A DNA stretch of 248,000 bases from assembly GCA_951406725.2 (NCBI GenBank), contig OX597818.1:27796001-28044000 (forward strand), read 5' to 3'. Source of the DNA: Octopus vulgaris (taxonomy: Eukaryota). The notes under the pieces are model-generated. The model searched no databases and had not been told where the DNA came from. It worked only from the letters and a program-made list of their open reading frames with translations. Made by a program: the position numbers and the translations under genes. Positions 93,961-232,558 of this stretch are shown one piece after another (within the stretch, counting starts at the first letter, position 1; every line of letters starts with the position of its first letter).

Positions 93961-96900
93961 TTCCTGTTGTTTGATTAGCTGAACTAGTCATTCATTGAAT
94001 TATATTGTAAGTGGCTGAGTATTCCACAGATATATGTATTCTTAGTATAATCTTTAAGCAGAATCAGCACATTACTGAGAGTGAGCAGTATTACTGGTCC
94101 AGCCAATTGGATGAGGTTTCACACAGCTTCTGTCTACCCAGTTTCTCTCTCAAGGATTTGGTCAAGTTGAAACTATGGTAAAAGGCACTTGTCCAAGACT
94201 CCACAGAGTAGCATTGAATCTGGGATCTCATGATTTGGAAGGGAACTTCATAACCACTTAGCCATACCTTTTTCCATACATACACTACAAACATGCATTA
94301 ACACACACATACACACACACACACACACACACAAACATATACACGTTGACTTTATTATGACACTATAATACTCACAGTGAAATTTAATAAAAGAAGCTAT
94401 AAACTTCTGAATTTATGTTGTTTCAATTAAATTATCTTGGAAATGTAGCTGATAGTTACAAAATAGTTAATTATTTTTATTATCTTTTCTCCCCTCAAAC
94501 TTTAACTTTTAGACATTATCAAACAAAAAAAATCTAGTTTTCCTTCTTGATATGCTTTAATAGTCACAGAAGATAGATATTTGAGACTGAAATCCATATA
94601 TCCATATATGATGTATAGAATGTTAGTAATTGTAGATTATCTGAAAGCCTATCCTTTATTTTTAGTCATTATGACAATTATTAACTGAATTTGATTTTCT
94701 AAAATAAGCATAAAATAATTGTTTGAGATTACAAGTAGAATGATGTGTGTTGGTGAATTTCCCCACAGTGACCTTGACTTAAGTAGATCAATTGAAACCA
94801 TTATAAATTATATGGCTATGTGTTTTAACAATTGTTACAACAACAATGAATTTAACTTATATATGAAAGATAATTTGCTAGTTCCTGAATAAACCTCATG
94901 TTTCACTACTAAGAATATCCACAATGTACTCATTAGCTGTTTAAGTTATTTATTTATATTCATCCATTTATTTAGAATACAAATCAATGGTCAGTTACTG
95001 ACCATTCAATGTTGGAGTGATTGATATATCTGTTTGTTGTCTTGATTCGGTAATCCTATTCAACTCTAACTTCTCAGCTACCATGTCCCAATAATCTGCT
95101 GTCATTAGTTGAAACGTTAGCATTAGAAAAGATAACAGTTGCTCTAAATATTCTTCCAGATTTGTACATCTAAAATCAAATAAACTAATCTTGAAAAGAT
95201 ATCAGATTAAAAATTTTCAGAAGAAGCAAAAACAAACATATATAATCAACTTTTAAAGTATAAATCTCCATTAATTTTTTAAGGTTCATTTATATTACAT
95301 TGTTCAGGAAATAGTGTCTGGTTTTTTGAAAACATTTTTTCAAATTCGATTTAAGATGATATTTTTGTTATGTTTTAGATGAAATTTTATGTGCTTAATA
95401 ATTGCTGTGCATTCTTTAATAAATTCTTATTTATTTCTTTCAGAATATAATTTTGGAGTGTAGAAATCCTGAGGAAAGAAGAATGCATTTACTTTTTTCG
95501 CATGAATTCGAGCTTGGACATAATGCTTCCCAAACAACCACCAATATCAAAAGAGCATGAGGTGAAGGATCCACTAGTGATTGGAAAGTACAACAGTAGT
95601 TTGAGAGAGTCCATAGTGGGGATGAGACTCTTGAAGATCAAGAAGGTAGAGGACATTTATTCACCCTTGATGATCAGCTTTTGAAAACAATTGTCAAACA
95701 AAATACACTACAAAGTATCAGAGAAATGTCTCATATGCTTGGTGTCAGTGCTTCAACAGTATCAGATCACATCAAAAAAATTGGCAAAGTGAAAAACTTG
95801 ATAAATGGGTCCCACATGACCGCAATGAAAATTGAAGACTTCAGCATTTTGAAGTGTATTTGGTACTCTCTCTACAAAACTCTAATGTGTGTGTATGTGT
95901 GTGTTTGTCTCCACCACCTTTTGAAAACTGGGGTCGGTTTGTTTGAGTAAAACCTTCAAGGTAGTGCCCCATCATGACTGCTGTCCAATGATTGAAACAA
96001 GCAAAAGTTAAAAGATAAGAGGTATTTACATAATACTAATGACAGTTGCTAACATAAGCACAATGTTAATTTAATTAGCATGTGTGGTAAGAAGCTTGCT
96101 TCCCAACCACATAGTTCTGGACTCAGTCCCACTGCATGGTACTTTGGGCAAGTGTCTTCTACTATAGTCTCGGGCTGACCAAAGCCTTGTGAGTGGATCA
96201 GATAGACAGAAACAGAAAGAAGCCTGTCATATATATATGTATACATTTGTGTGTCTATGTTTGTCCCCCCCACTCCATTGCTTGACAACTGATGATGGTG
96301 TGTTTACATCCCTGTAATGTAGTAGTTCAGCAAAAGAGACCAATAGAATAAGAACTAGTCTTACAAAGAATAAGTCCCGGGGTTGATTTGTTAGGCTAAA
96401 GGTGGTGTTCCAACGTGGACTAAGTCAAAAGACTGAAACGAATAAAAGAATGAAAGAATACCTAACTATAGAAGAAAAAGCATAGAGGAGATAGAAATCA
96501 GATCAATTATGAAGAATAGCTTAGAATATGAGGTGTTCAACCAGGAAATAGTCTGCCTTCTGGTTATATTGAGGCATACATAGATTTTAATCTATGTCTG
96601 TTGGTATTGTATGTACACTTGCATGTATCTATGCACACATGCACGTGCACATATATATATATTATATGCATATACATATATGTATATACACTTATTATCT
96701 GCTAAGTAAGTTGTTACAAAGAAGTAAATTGTTAGACTGGTGTTCTATTTTCCTGTGAACCAATTGCATAACCATCAAATTTCCTTAAGGAAAATGACAA
96801 GTTGATTATTGAGAGCATAATCAGTACCATAGAGAGATTGTAATCTTACAATATATCTCAGTGACAAGAGGGCCACTTCCTTGGGGGTCGATGTAATCAA

Positions 96901-99900
96901 CTTCAGAATTGTGACCCAGAATAAAGTTAGGTTCTTTATGACCTTAATAATGGCATCCATGAGTTGAGAACAATTGAATGCTTCTTGTAATCTAACCAGA
97001 GCATGACCAAGTTCTTCTTATGCTACTACACATGACATCATAATTCTGTTAATCAAGAACTGTTCAACACATCCCCAAACTTCTTTTCAGCTGCTTGTTC
97101 AGCTGTGACGTTATTATAACAACCAGAGTGTCTTGGAAGAAGTTCAAACAGGCTGTATAGATTTTATACATTAAATTCTGGCATGTAATTGGTTGGTAGT
97201 TTCACAATGTGAGTGGCATCATTATGAGACATCAGTTTTGTTTCTGTCAGCACCAACCAGGTTAGTTTGTTTATAGCTCCTCCGGGAGCTTACATATAAA
97301 TGCCAATAAAATTCTTTTGCCAATGAAATTCTTTTGGTTGAATTGTAGCTATTTTGTACTAATCTTTGGTAATCAGGTTCCTTCCTGATGCTTTCCTATC
97401 CTGAAGTATTTGAACAACAGTCTCAATAGTCTCATTTCATATGCTGTATGCATTTTTAATGCTATAATTTGGAGACAATTTTTTTTCAGATTTCTCCTAG
97501 CCACTCTATGGTCTGATTAAACTCCCTTACTTGACTCCAGATTTTTTTTCCAGAATGACTCAGTACTGTCACAAAAAGGAGTCTGTTTGACATTTATTCA
97601 TTGTCCTCACATATCCATGTAAATTGCTGGTTGGTTTTGATTAAATGTATTCATCATCATCATCATTGTCATGATCATCCTTTAACGTCTGTTCTTCATG
97701 CTGGCATGGGTTAGGCAGTTTGACCAGGGATGGTAAGCAGGAGAGCTGCACCAGGTTCCAGTCTGATTTGGTTTAGTTTCTATGGTTGAATGGCCTTCCT
97801 CACATTAACCGTTTTGCAGAGTGTGCTGGATGCTTTTAATGTGGCACCTGCATGTGTGCTTTTTATGTGACACTGGCACAGGGCTCTTGCAGTCCAATCC
97901 TCTCCTTCAGGAGGAGCGGCATTAAGACTTTTGTTGTGGAGAATGGTTCTTCTTGAGTACAGCAAAATGCCAGATATTTCATTCTTTGTCATCCCCTCAG
98001 CATGGGTCAGTGTCCTGAAGTCACCCTTCAATACTTCATACCATGTCTTCTTAGGTCTCCCTCTTCCATGAGTTTCAATCTCTTTAAGTGAGCAGAGCTT
98101 CAAGATTGTTAATTATTATTTTCTTTTAGCTGTTTTCTTCTGATGTCAGAGTTTTTCTTATTTGCATGTCTTCCCTTTTAATCATCTCCAAGCATTGTTT
98201 GTATTTTATTTTCCCTTCTCTGCTCGATGACATCATCATCATCATTTAACGTCCATGTTCATGCTGCTATGGGTTGGACGGTTTGACTAGGGCTGGTAAG
98301 CTGAGGGGCTGCACCAGGTTCTAGTCTGATTTAGTATGGTTTCTATGGTTGGATACCCTTCTGAATGCCAACCATTCTGAAAGTGTAATGGATGCTTTTA
98401 CATACCACTGGCATGGGTGCTAGTTGTGTGACACCAGTATCTGCCATGATACTGGTGTCATACAACAAGCACCTGTGCCATTGACATGTAAAAGCACTCA
98501 TTATGTAAGTATGGTTATTTGTGTGTGCTACACAATATCCCATAACTGATAGTTCTCCAGATATCCTCCCCTAATTTCTTTAAGCAACATTAGAATTACT
98601 ACTTTTTTATTTATGTTGAGGTCTTTTCTGCAGTTGGTGTTTTAAAAATAAAGTAATCTTCTCTTGAAAGATTTCACAGAGACAACAATTCAAGAGTTTA
98701 TACTCTTCACTCGTCTAGTTCAGTATATTGTTTATCATCACTGTTATTGGGTTTTTTGGCAGCATATTGAGGACAACCAGTTTGGTTAAATGATAGTATT
98801 GGTCAGCCTGATTTTTAGGCAGCATAGTACTAGCACAGACTTGGTTTGTTAATGAATGCATGCCTGATGTAGGAGAACATTCACATGGTGTTATTACCTC
98901 CACCAAGGAAGGAGATTATGTTTTCATTGGCATTGGTTTGTTTGTCTTTGTGCAAAATAACTCAAAATGTTGTTAATGGTATTTGATGAAACTTGCAGGA
99001 AAAGTTGATAATGACACAAGGAACAGATGATGAAATTTTGGTAGAGATCCGGAAATTTCTATGGATTCTTGAAGGACTTTTCATTTGTTATATTTACTTT
99101 ACTTGAAGTATTAGTTACATACTTTGATTATCTCCCTTGAAAACGCGTTCATCATTTTCAGGTAACCTATGGAGGCGTTGCTGCTTCCAAACTTTATTTT
99201 CATTTCTCTATTAGTAATTTTACTTGCATATCTATCTTAAAATGAGCTGCTTGGCGGAGATCTGTGCTCTCCAGGTGCTTTTCTAGTTTGTAGTGTTTAC
99301 ATTTTGAGGATAAAAATTATACTCATCATTTTTTAGAAAAAATTACTGTAATCAAATACTTGTTAGCACTCAACAAATGTTCCTTGTAGGTGTAATTATT
99401 CTATTGAAAATTATTTAGTTTTGTATGAAGTTCATTGCCGTGTTATTTCATTGTCAAAGAGGATCTTTATTTGTCATTTTAAGTAGGTCATTATTGAGTT
99501 TATAATTCCCAGAAGAATGCATTTTACAGCTTTGTTTCATTCTGTAACCACAACTGAAAAGATTTTGCTAACATCTCTCAATGTTTTGCTTCTCCTCTGG
99601 TTAGCCTGATTTTGTCATTTCTAGCCCTGTTTTTTGTAATAGATTTCTCTATGGTAAATTACTTTTGAAATGAATCTCACAATGATTTTGAATAAAATGT
99701 TTTGTCAATGTTTATAATCAAGATAATAATGAGTCATTTAACAAGGCTGGTAATTATGGTATTAATGTTTGAGAGCGTATTCATTATATATTCAGTAAAT
99801 ACTCTGCCAGACCAAACATACGATTGCTCTCATTAAGTATCTAGTATGTGTGTGAATGTATTAATGTGTGGGGTGCATGCAACTGTATGTGTATTTATGT

Positions 99901-100476
99901 ACATATCTATGCATTCCTATACGTATCAACGTCTAAATTTGGCTAAATGGTAATTCTATTCAGTTCATCCGTGGAAGTGAGTTGAATTCTTACCAAAACA
100001 TCTAGATGTCTCACAAGGTAAAACATGGTAAATATTCTTTATTTTTTTTATGTGATATATTTCTCTTACTTCACAAACATAAAGCTATGTCACCAACTAC
100101 TTGTTCAGTTTTTGTACATTGTCAGTTATTAAATATGCAACTTAAATGAAATAAGACTACATTACCTAGGTTCGTGTGTATCTATTTATGATATAGCTAT
100201 GCACGCTAGACAAAATGCTTAGCAGTATTTCGCCTGTCGCTACATTCTGAGCTGAAATTCCACTGAGGTCGACTTTGCCTTTCATCCTTTCAGCGTCGAT
100301 AAATTAAGTACCAGTAAAACACTGGGATCGATGTAATTGACTAGTCTCCTCCCCACAAACTGCTGCCCTTGTGGCAAAATTTGAAACCGTTATTATATAA
100401 AGTAATTGCTTTGCTCATTTGTCTCTTCCTGGGTGATTTATATACCACCCATCTGTGACTCAACACTTGTTATATA

Positions 100477-224676
<124,200 letters not shown>

Positions 224677-227115
224677 TGATGGTCCATGTCAGTCTCATTG
224701 TCATCATTTCATGGACTCTTCTTGCAAGCTCTACAGATTTGGACTAAATATCCGATACTACCATAACATTATTGATCTCTGTCTTATTTTTGTATTTAAT
224801 GCATTGACAAATTCTCAATTTATCTTCAGTCTTTATAAATGTCTACCTATAAGCAAACATTTGCATTTATAAAGTAAACCCAGTTAAATTTCTGTATTTC
224901 TTTCCTCTTATATGAGTCATCATCATCTAAATACAGAATGGATATTTAGCAACATGGTTATGAATATCATTGATTTTTGAAACATATTTTGGAACAGTCT
225001 CTTGAAAAAATTTTAAGAATTTGAATTCACAACAATCTTTGACAAATGAGCTGCAATTACGATTGTTTTTTTTTTCTACATTAAACATATTCTTGAAACC
225101 ATTTACAACTTCATGATCAAAGTTTGTGATGTTCACTTTACATAAGTTCTTTATATACTTTCTATCAGTTAACTTCACTTGGATCAATGTATTCAGGTTT
225201 CATTCTGTCACATATATATATATACATAATTTCAGAATTATAGTCCTTGATGTTATCAAGTTTTAAAAGTTATCATTTCAGCGCTTTTGAATCCAGGGTC
225301 AGTTTTCTTTTAAATACTCAAAATATATATACACCAGTTATTTTTTACTTCTTGGTGATTGTGAGGCTATCTTTCCTGTTAACAATTTCAATAGAATTTT
225401 ATTTTACTCTTTCCTAAGATACAAGAACATCCAAATCTAAATTGTTAGAATACATAGATATAAAAGAAACCAAACTTACAGTTTGTACACAAGTAGCCTT
225501 GTGGATGCTAATGGTGATTCTCTGTAACTGCCTGAGATGGGAGATCGATGCTAAGACTTCGTCCAGACAGAGCAAGTTCAAGTCACCATCATGTTGCACA
225601 TGTCTGTCTGCCTTTAGTATTGAAAGGGATACACCCCTCTGGAGGTTAAGCAGCTCGAGCAGTGCCACAGGTGCAGGGATTTTGAGATGCAATGAGTTTG
225701 ACTCAAGAGAGGTGGAAGCATGGCACAGGAGTGACATTTCTCATTCCCAGCATTATGGAGGACTGGGGAAAGAACATTCATGGAAAAGGTTTGGGCATAT
225801 CCAGAGCTGTGTCTGTATGTATGTGTGTGTGTTTGTGTGTTAAAAACTAATTTTGAATGGAATTGAAATTATGTCAGTATTCGCAAAAGTAAGTGACAAG
225901 AAACAGAAAGGTTAAAAAAAAAAAGATATTTGGTTTTACTATAAAAATACAACAGCTCAGTTATTTTTCTTAGCACCATTGTAGGTTATATGTTAATTAC
226001 CTCAAAAATGCAGTCATTGTTTTTAAATAGTACAATTGTTGCATGGAAAATGTGAAAATAAAAATTTTGTATTAAAGATTCATGTGAGAAAGATTATGCA
226101 TGCAACTGATATAATTTCATTCACCAAATTTTCACATCATCCATCTCAAGCATACAAAAAGAATGCACAAAAAAAAAGAGAAAAATGTTATGTCTCAAGA
226201 TAAACAGGAAAGACAGAACTGTTATAAAAAAATATTTTAAATTTAAGTGTCTTGCTTGGTTCATGCTTTTCCTAAATGATTGATATATAGTTTAACTCCT
226301 GCTCACTAAAACAAAAAAGAAAACCAGTCTAATAGGTGGAAAATAATGTGTTGAAAATGAATATGAATATAAAAATTTGTGCAAATGAGGGTTGGTGTGG
226401 AGAGGGCTTTTGGAAAATTCACAAGATTTGATTTTTTCCTCATAACTTTCAGAAAAATGTATATGTATTGATGAAATTTTATAGAAATACCGCTTACATG
226501 GCATAGATTGCGACTATAAAGAAATAAGTGGGGAAAATGTTTTCTGATGCAGTGAGGAGAAGATTTCAGAAAATTCACATAAATTAACATTATAATCCAG
226601 ATTTCACTGGGTATTTTGGTTAGTATATTCATGTGTGTATGTATGTGTATTTATGCATCCTAGGGTATGCATGTGTGTGAGAGAAGTGAAAAGCCAACAT
226701 TAGATTGGATATGGATAGTGACCCATGACTGGAGCACAATTTCAAGTCAAAATGAGAGAGACAGAAGTGTAAAGCATTTTGTTTGAAGAATATGTATTTA
226801 CTGCATATGTCTGTATAGTTGTGTGCGTGTATATGTGCATGTTCATAACTGTAAACTTTTGTATATGTGTATTTCTGTTCATACACAAAAACAAATGCAC
226901 AGATATGTATAAAGTTATCCAGTTGAATAAGTATCTGAAGATACTGCCTCTGCACCTAACTCAACCACTCCATGTCAAATTTTGATGTTTTGCCATCTAC
227001 TTTAACACTCTGATTCTGAAGCTTCACCCACCTCTTTTAAACACTCTTTCAGCCTTCCTATAATGCTTGTAACACATTGGCCTAGTTCAATTTTCAAAGT
227101 GTTACTACAACATAA

Positions 227116-227168
<53 letters not shown>

Positions 227169-227965
227169 CATACACACACACAGAGTAAAGTAATTTATTT
227201 TATAGAAGGAGCTTCTACAGGACTAGAACTGTTTCATATATAGGAAGCTGGCTGTCAAAATAAGTTCAGGTATTTATGCATTTAGGCAGATTTAATGGAG
227301 TGGTGGTGACAGGGGGGGACGTTTTTTGGGTAGGTTGGTATTTAGGAGATAAACAGGGCACAAGCTATTGTTCTTAGGGGAGTGGTCAAAAGGCCAGAGT
227401 GTTTTTTGAAATGAGAAGAATCAGTGAGAAAATAAATAAATAAATAAATAAATGAATAAATAGAATAAATGAATAGAAACCCCAAGAATAGTATTTCAAC
227501 AGATATATGGGATGGGATTTTAGGTAAAATAGAAGACAATTGCTTTTAGGTGGTCAAGAAGAGGTAGGCAGTTTGTTATTGTTAGGTGGAGGGAATAAAT
227601 AGATAAATATACATGAAAAAACATAAAAAAATATCCAAATCCACTCACAAGACTTTGGTCGGCCTGAGGTTATAGTAGAAGACAGTTGCCCAAGGTACTA
227701 CACAGTGGGACTGAACCCGGAACCATGTGGTTGGTAAGGAAGCTACTTACTACACAGCCACTCCTATATGTATATATATATATATATGTGGCACGTAAAA
227801 AGCACCCACTACACTCACGGAGTGGTTGGCGTTAGGAAGGGCATCCAGCTGTAGAAACATTGCCAAATTTAGACTGGAGCCTGGTGCAGCCTTCTGGCTT
227901 CCCAGAACCCCGGTCGAACCGTCCAACCCATGCTAGCATGGAGAACGGACGTTAAACGACGATGA

Positions 227966-228022
<57 letters not shown>

Positions 228023-228365
228023 TACATACATATGTTGGGGTGTCCATGTTAGTATTTGGGTGTGTTGGTGAGCGTGTTTGTGGGTGAATGCTCTGTTCAA
228101 ATATATATATATATATGTGTATATCATTTATTGTTAATGCAGGTATGCGTGTATTTCTGTTTATATCTGTATGTAGATGCATATATATATGCATGTATAT
228201 GTATGTGTATATGCATATGTATATATATGTGTGTGTATGTGTATTTGTAAGTATGTTTTTGAATGTGTAAATATATATATATATGTATATGTGTGTATAT
228301 GTATATATATAGATGTGTGTGTATGAGTGTATGTATGTCTATGTATCTGTATATGTATGTACGTG

Positions 228366-228406
<41 letters not shown>

Positions 228407-228659
228407 CTTTAAACTCTGGCTCTGTTGACACTTATATATAAGAGAATTGTTTATATATAAAAAAAATGTATATAAGTTGAAGCAAATTGTTGATCTTTTG
228501 ATGTTTTAATAATTGTTTATGTTATGTTATATCATATTCATAATATATTATGTTATAATATAAATAAATTATTAGAATGTCAATTGTATCTCTCCATTTA
228601 ATTTTATCTTTATACATATATATTTACATACATATATGTAATATGTACATGTATACATA

Positions 228660-228716
<57 letters not shown>

Positions 228717-231700
228717 ATATATATACATACATATATATGTATGTATATATATAAATTTATATAATTAAGGATAAGATCGTTAATCTAAAAATAAAATAAC
228801 GATTTTATCAAGTGGTTAGCATGGAAAAAAAATAACCTTTAAAGGTAATAATTATTAAAATTATGTATTAGGGAATCTACGAGATACTACCATGCTGAAA
228901 ATAGCAGTCACGATCTGACTCTAAAACCACCTTAATTGTCCATATATCAACATGGAGAGAAAACAAATAGACAAGATGAAACTAGTAAAAAATTACTGGA
229001 TAATTCTAGATCCCGGACTTCTGACTTTTTATTTAGGAATGCTTTGCCTCGTTAGTAGAATACACACACACGAGAAACATAAATACATACACACATACAT
229101 AGGTAATTAAATATTAGAGTATAGCTAGGCTAAAGATATTCAATAGTTTATTAATGTTTTTATTAAGCTAAATTATATCTTCACAGATAAATACATTTTT
229201 CCATATATTGACTCTATTTTTTTTACCTTCAATATTTAACACGATAAATGTATTGTAGACAACTGGTCCTAATGTTTTAAGTTTCAAATTATATAATGGA
229301 GTTTCTTTTATAAGAAAAATCATTATTTCATTATTTTATTTTTTAAACTCTATTTGCTTATTTATTTAACTATTATTGTTATTATTGTTAACCTGAAGAG
229401 TGACTATAATTATAAATTGAATTGATATTCGATTAAATTTAAATTTAATTGTAATTCGAATTTATTTATAGCCATGAAATGTGCGTAGTTTTTTTTACTT
229501 ACTATATATTGATTATTCATTTTTGTACCTTTTGTGATCTAGTTATATATTTCTAAAAAATATATTTTATTTTTTATTTATGATTTGGTTTATGTCTATC
229601 ATTGTTTGAATTGCATAATAGTGGTTTCTCTAATTTATGTATTATACACACACACGCACGCACACACACACACGCACACACACGCACACACACACATACA
229701 CACACACATATATATCATTCTGTGTATATCTTGTATAGTGCTAAAAAATACAAGTGTATCAGTAGCAGTAAAAAGCATCCAGCAACACTAGCAGCAGTGG
229801 AAATTGCTAAATCTGGATTTAAGATCACATGAGAGACAGAGTAGTATACTCACTTAGTGGTAACTCTTAATAGCCACTGTAGTATGGAAATAGTCTTGTA
229901 TGAGGTAAAGGTAACATCAAAAGACCAGGTATGTGGAAGTATGTCTGAGCAACAGAAGATCCTTTTAGGACCATATTCAATAACCATAATCCCCTCTTTA
230001 ATATCCTAGAGACATGAAATGCCACAACCCTGGCTAGGCACTTACAATCATAAAGGGAAAGCAACATGAAGTAAAACATAAAGTAGAAAATCTTAGAGAA
230101 ATGCAAAATATCAGTGACCTTTGGGGCTAGGGGACTAACTCTTGATATAACTCATGTCCTTTTGTTTCATTGTTTTTCACAGCACCCACAAACCAGATTT
230201 TCACTACCAATAAAGGAGAGCAGTTGCCATATCTTTTCTCCATAACTGTCAGCTCTGACAAGCATGTGGTATTACATAATCATGCTGTTATCTATCATCC
230301 TGTTTAATATCCAGTGTGAAACCAGTTGAAAAGATCAGGCATAATGGATACATAATACTGTACCCTCTGATTAATATACCCACTCCATTGACAAATATAA
230401 CAGTACATTTTTTCTCACATGAATTGTTAGACAACTGCATACATAAATGTATACATAGGTATATGTACCTTAACATACATACATCAACACATGTACATGA
230501 AGAACATATGAATACATACACACATACCAATAGGAACTCTAAATGTAAGTGCATATACTTATGAGTACAATGCATGAAACTCTTGACCCATGACTCACTT
230601 TGTAACTTCTACTGATGAAAAACTATATGCACACACATCATCACCATCATCATCCTCGTTTAACGTCTGCTTTCCATGCTAGCATGGGTTGGACGATTTG
230701 ACTGAGGTCTGGCAAACCAGATGGCTGCATCAGGCTCCAATCTGATCTGGCAGAGTTTCTATAGCTGGATGCCCTTCCTAACGCCAACCACTCTGAGAGT
230801 GTAGTGGGTGCTTTTACATGCCACTGGCACAAGGGCCATTCAGATTGAAAGTTTCAAAATAATTGAATTTTGTTATTCCATTTTCTCTCCCAAACCTTTA
230901 GCTTTTAGATGTATTATCAAAAAGATAAATTAAAACTCTAAATTTCTCCTTCCTGAGATGATTTGGTAACCATAGAAAATAGATATTTTGACACTGAATT
231001 ATCAGGATGTTTGTAAATGTAGATTATCTAAAAGCCAAATTATTTGAGTTCAGTCATTATGACAACAATTAACAGAATATCATATTTCAACAATGTTTAA
231101 ATAAGAATTAGAATATTGCTTGAGTGTATAAGTAGAGTGGTGTTTGTTTTGGGAATTACCATTTATGTAGATTAATTGAAACTATAAATTATATGGTTTC
231201 ATATTTTAACGATTGTCTCAACTCCAATAACAATGAATTTGAACATATATCTAAAAGATCATTTGGTAACTTTTGGATAAACCTCATGTTTCACTACTAA
231301 GAATATCCTTAACATTCTAAATCAGATATGTAGATGAGCTGTTTAAGTTATTTATTTTCTTATGGACAAATCAATTTACTTTCTCAAAATTTAAGCATTT
231401 AGTGTTGGAGTGAATGATATATTTCTTTGTTGTTTTGGTTTGGTAACTGTATTCAGCCCTAACCTCTCAGCTACTACATCCCTATAATATGCTGTCTTTC
231501 ATTAGTTGAAACATTAGCATTAGGAAGGATACCTAACTTTGAAAATAGTTGCTCTAACAATTCTCCCAGATTAGTTCATCAGGAACGAAATAAACTAAAC
231601 TTGAAGGTACATCAGATGAAATAACAGCTAAAAAACAAAACAACAAAAATACATCAACTTTTAAAGTATAAAATTGTTAAGATTTGTTTATAGTATAAAC

Positions 231701-232527
231701 AGTCAGTACATTTAGATCTGAATGTGCCTGATGCTCTGTAATACTAGGATGTTTCAATATAAGCATGTGAAATAGGACAGGCAAACTAAGTGACAGTCTT
231801 ACATATTGTAGAAAAGAGTTGCAAAAATAAGAATGGTATGTAAGGTGCAGGCATGGCTGTGTGGTAAGGAGTTTACTTCCCAGCCACATGGCTGTGGGTT
231901 TCGTCCCATTGTGTGGAACCTTGAGCAAGTGTCTTCTACTATAACCTTGGGCCAAGCAACGCTTGTGAGTGTATTTAGTAGGGGAAAACTGAAAGAAGCC
232001 CATCATATTTTATATATGCCATGGGGAGCTGAAAAGTTCCTGGCTTTAAAGTTATATTTCAAATAGCCTTGTTGGAGGCCCATAACTTAATTACAGATTT
232101 ATACATTAAATTTGCATTTATGTGACGTGAGGATAATTTCATCAGAGAAAAAAGATGTACCTTGGGATGTTATATGCGGACCTATCAATTCATTTCAGCA
232201 GATTAAATATTATAGTTTATGATTTCTATTATTATATTCTGGGGTGAAGTATTGTTTATGGATTGATTAGAATATGATTAGAGATAAAGTAAAATAAATA
232301 AAACCAGAACAATAAATAAAGTAAAAATAGAGATGATTAAGAGGAAATAAACATAAAAAACGTAAATTTATAGTTAATAAAAAGAATAAGGTATAAATAA
232401 AATTATAAAAGTTTATATAGGTATATGTGTGTATATATATACACACACACATGGTCACACACACATACACACACAGATACATGTATATACATGAATCCTC
232501 ACATATATGCATATATATGTATATGTT

Positions 232528-232558
<31 letters not shown>
